Sequence record: ON237674.1
DNA from: Acinetobacter phage Arbor
DNA length: 45,041 nucleotides
Reading direction: 5' to 3' (one strand)
Shown here: one piece after another, positions 43,724 through 45,041 of the stretch
Layout of the letters: every line of letters starts with the position of its first letter
How positions within the stretch are numbered: the stretch's first letter is position 1
The notes under the pieces: model-generated
What the model saw: the letters and a program-made list of their open reading frames with translations, nothing else
Told to the model about the DNA's origin: nothing
Database searches by the model: none
Position numbers and translations under genes: made by a program

Positions 43724-43969
43724 ATGACTCTATTAAATTCTGAAAAGAAGCACTCTCATTACTTTAAAGATGTATCTAATTTGCTTGAGCTTGATGTTTA
43801 TCGTGTGTTGAAATTGTTTGATGTTACAGATCCATGCATTCAACATGCAGTTAAGAAATTGCTTTGCGCTGGTGGACGTGGGGTTAAAGATGTGGATAAA
43901 GATGTTCATGAAGCAATTGATTCTTTATTGAGATATGAGGAAATGAGAAAGGAGGATGAAAATGAATAA
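43724..43969 (+). CDS. hypothetical protein
   Basis: SD GGAGA before ATG 43724. Confidence 0.4.
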   Translation: MTLLNSEKKHSHYFKDVSNLLELDVYRVLKLFDVTDPCIQHAVKKLLCAGGRGVKDVDKDVHEAIDSLLRYEEMRKEDENE

Positions 43970-44357
43970 ATTAGAATTGGCGCATAGTTATGCATTGTTG
44001 CATATGACAATTCCACAATACAAAGATGTTGATGATCTTGAGCTAGTTGGGTGGGCTTTTGATTATGCTGAAGCAATGCTTGCAGAAAACGAAAAGCGGA
44101 AAGATAAAAGTCTGCCTGAAGTGTTAGAGGAATGGAAGCTAGACTGGAGTCAAGCGCCAGATGGCGCTAACTGGTGGGCTATGGATGAAAGTGGAAGATC
44201 ATTCTGGTTTGCTTATGAACCCTATATTAGTTCTGAATATCCAGATGAATGGATATTTAATGGTAAAAATCATGGCGGTATAGGTCATGAATACTGGAAG
44301 TCTCCAAATTTCAACTATCAAGGAGATTGGAAAGATTCATTGAGAAAACGCCCATGA
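43956..44357 (+). CDS. hypothetical protein
   Basis: 133 aa, overlapping-coupled. Confidence 0.4.
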   Translation: MKMNKLELAHSYALLHMTIPQYKDVDDLELVGWAFDYAEAMLAENEKRKDKSLPEVLEEWKLDWSQAPDGANWWAMDESGRSFWFAYEPYISSEYPDEWIFNGKNHGGIGHEYWKSPNFNYQGDWKDSLRKRP

Positions 44358-44602
44358 AAAAATTACATTTACATGCAGTTCGCGGGGTTGAGGCATTTGA
44401 ACCTAATCGACCAATCAAACAATTTTTTATAATTGAGGCAAGTGAGGACCGATTAACTTTTGATGATGTTTTAAAATTTAATGAAGATTGGTCTAATGAG
44501 TTTGAATTTGGATTTAGTTATTATATTGGGTATATGAGTATCTCAGAGTTTAGGGAAAAGTATTCAAAAAATGGCCCGTATTATACGAGGATTAAAGATT
44601 GA
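44354..44602 (+). CDS. hypothetical protein
   Basis: ATGA-coupled start at MKKLHL. Confidence 0.4.
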   Translation: MKKLHLHAVRGVEAFEPNRPIKQFFIIEASEDRLTFDDVLKFNEDWSNEFEFGFSYYIGYMSISEFREKYSKNGPYYTRIKD

Positions 44603-44961
44603 AATTGATCCTTGATGTAGAAGTTCCGCTAGTTGCTCCGTCAGTAAATACTTATTGGCGGGCAAATGGAAATAGAAGATTTATCACGCCAAAAGGGATT
44701 AAATTTACAAAGGATTTGGCGCACTGGGTAAAGCCATTGATGAGTGATAAGCGGCTTAGATTGGATATTGTTTTTTGCTATCCAGATAAGCGTAAGCGCG
44801 ATTGCGATAATTCACTTAAATCTGTTGTCGATAGTCTTGTCAAGAATGGTTTATGCCTTGATGATGAACAGTTTGATGAGTTGCACATTAAGCGCGGCCC
44901 AGTCATCAAAGGTGGCTTGATTAAAATAAAAGTTTTTGAGCTAGATGTTGCAATTAACTAG
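44599..44961 (+). CDS. rusA: RusA-family Holliday junction resolvase
   Basis: About 120 aa. Acidic catalytic cluster RDCDNSLKSVVDSL and DDEQF. Typical position at the end of a replication module. Confidence 0.65.
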   Translation: MKLILDVEVPLVAPSVNTYWRANGNRRFITPKGIKFTKDLAHWVKPLMSDKRLRLDIVFCYPDKRKRDCDNSLKSVVDSLVKNGLCLDDEQFDELHIKRGPVIKGGLIKIKVFELDVAIN

Positions 44962-45000
44962 AAATTTGCTATAGTTAGTGAACTTAAGAAACTTTTTATA

Positions 45001-45033
45001 TCCGTATCTAACCCCAAGATGCGGATTTTTTTT
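45001..45033 (+). terminator. rho-independent terminator
   Basis: TCCGTATCT...AGATGCGGA hairpin followed by TTTTTTTT. Confidence 0.55.
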
Positions 45034-45041
45034 GCACAAAA

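Noticed and set aside
1-45041. CRISPR arrays, rRNA genes, and IS or transposon ends
   Set aside because: No regularly spaced direct repeats, rRNA-like segments, or terminal inverted repeats flanking a transposase-like ORF were seen.

Overview
The window is a nearly gene-saturated tailed-phage or prophage genome segment (about 38-40% GC, AT-rich, Acinetobacter-like composition). No integrase is visible inside the window. Reading left to right: (1) 1-2300 holds a small-gene cassette (membrane protein, Fis-type HTH, three tandem paralogs of a small 'NAPEGATHY'-motif protein). (2) 2361-6593 holds terminase small and large subunits (PBSX-type Walker A GGRGSGKT), portal, and a Mu-F/SPP1-gp7-like head morphogenesis protein. 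(3) 6600-9750 is a roughly 3 kb accessory (moron) cassette with its own promoter motif and terminator, inserted between the morphogenesis gene and the prohead protease. (4) 9794-13539 holds a fused prohead protease/scaffold, a decoration-like protein, a lambda-E-like major capsid protein and head-tail connector proteins. (5) 13540-14517 is an island holding one minus-strand moron and about 500 bp of ORF-free, hairpin-rich DNA of higher GC. (6) 14518-28829 is a contractile tail module (sheath, tube, G/GT chaperones with a canonical TTTTTTA -1 frameshift site, tape measure with lytic transglycosylase domain, baseplate V/W/J/I-like proteins, a fiber and an 804-aa beta-helix tailspike/depolymerase). 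(7) 28888-30575 is a lysis cassette (holin pair, GH108 endolysin) interrupted by an antisense NUMOD4-HNH homing endonuclease. (8) 30674-35431 is a leftward early operon (MazG-like, lambda-Exo/YqaJ-like exonuclease, RecT, lipoprotein, and a membrane-anchored HTH repressor-like protein). (9) 35530-45041 is a rightward operon (Cro-like HTH, zinc ribbons, Rha-type antirepressor, RHH regulator, DUF1376-type replication initiator, DnaB helicase, Imm-type superinfection immunity protein, AP2-domain protein, RusA). Recurrent sequence elements: a 15-nt motif TTTACTATTGAGAAT present 4 times (once as a perfect 12-bp inverted repeat) ahead of accessory genes; two near-identical sigma70-like promoters; many rho-independent terminators; ATGA-coupled gene junctions. 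All functional calls are from motif-level reading of the translations and gene order; no database search was possible.
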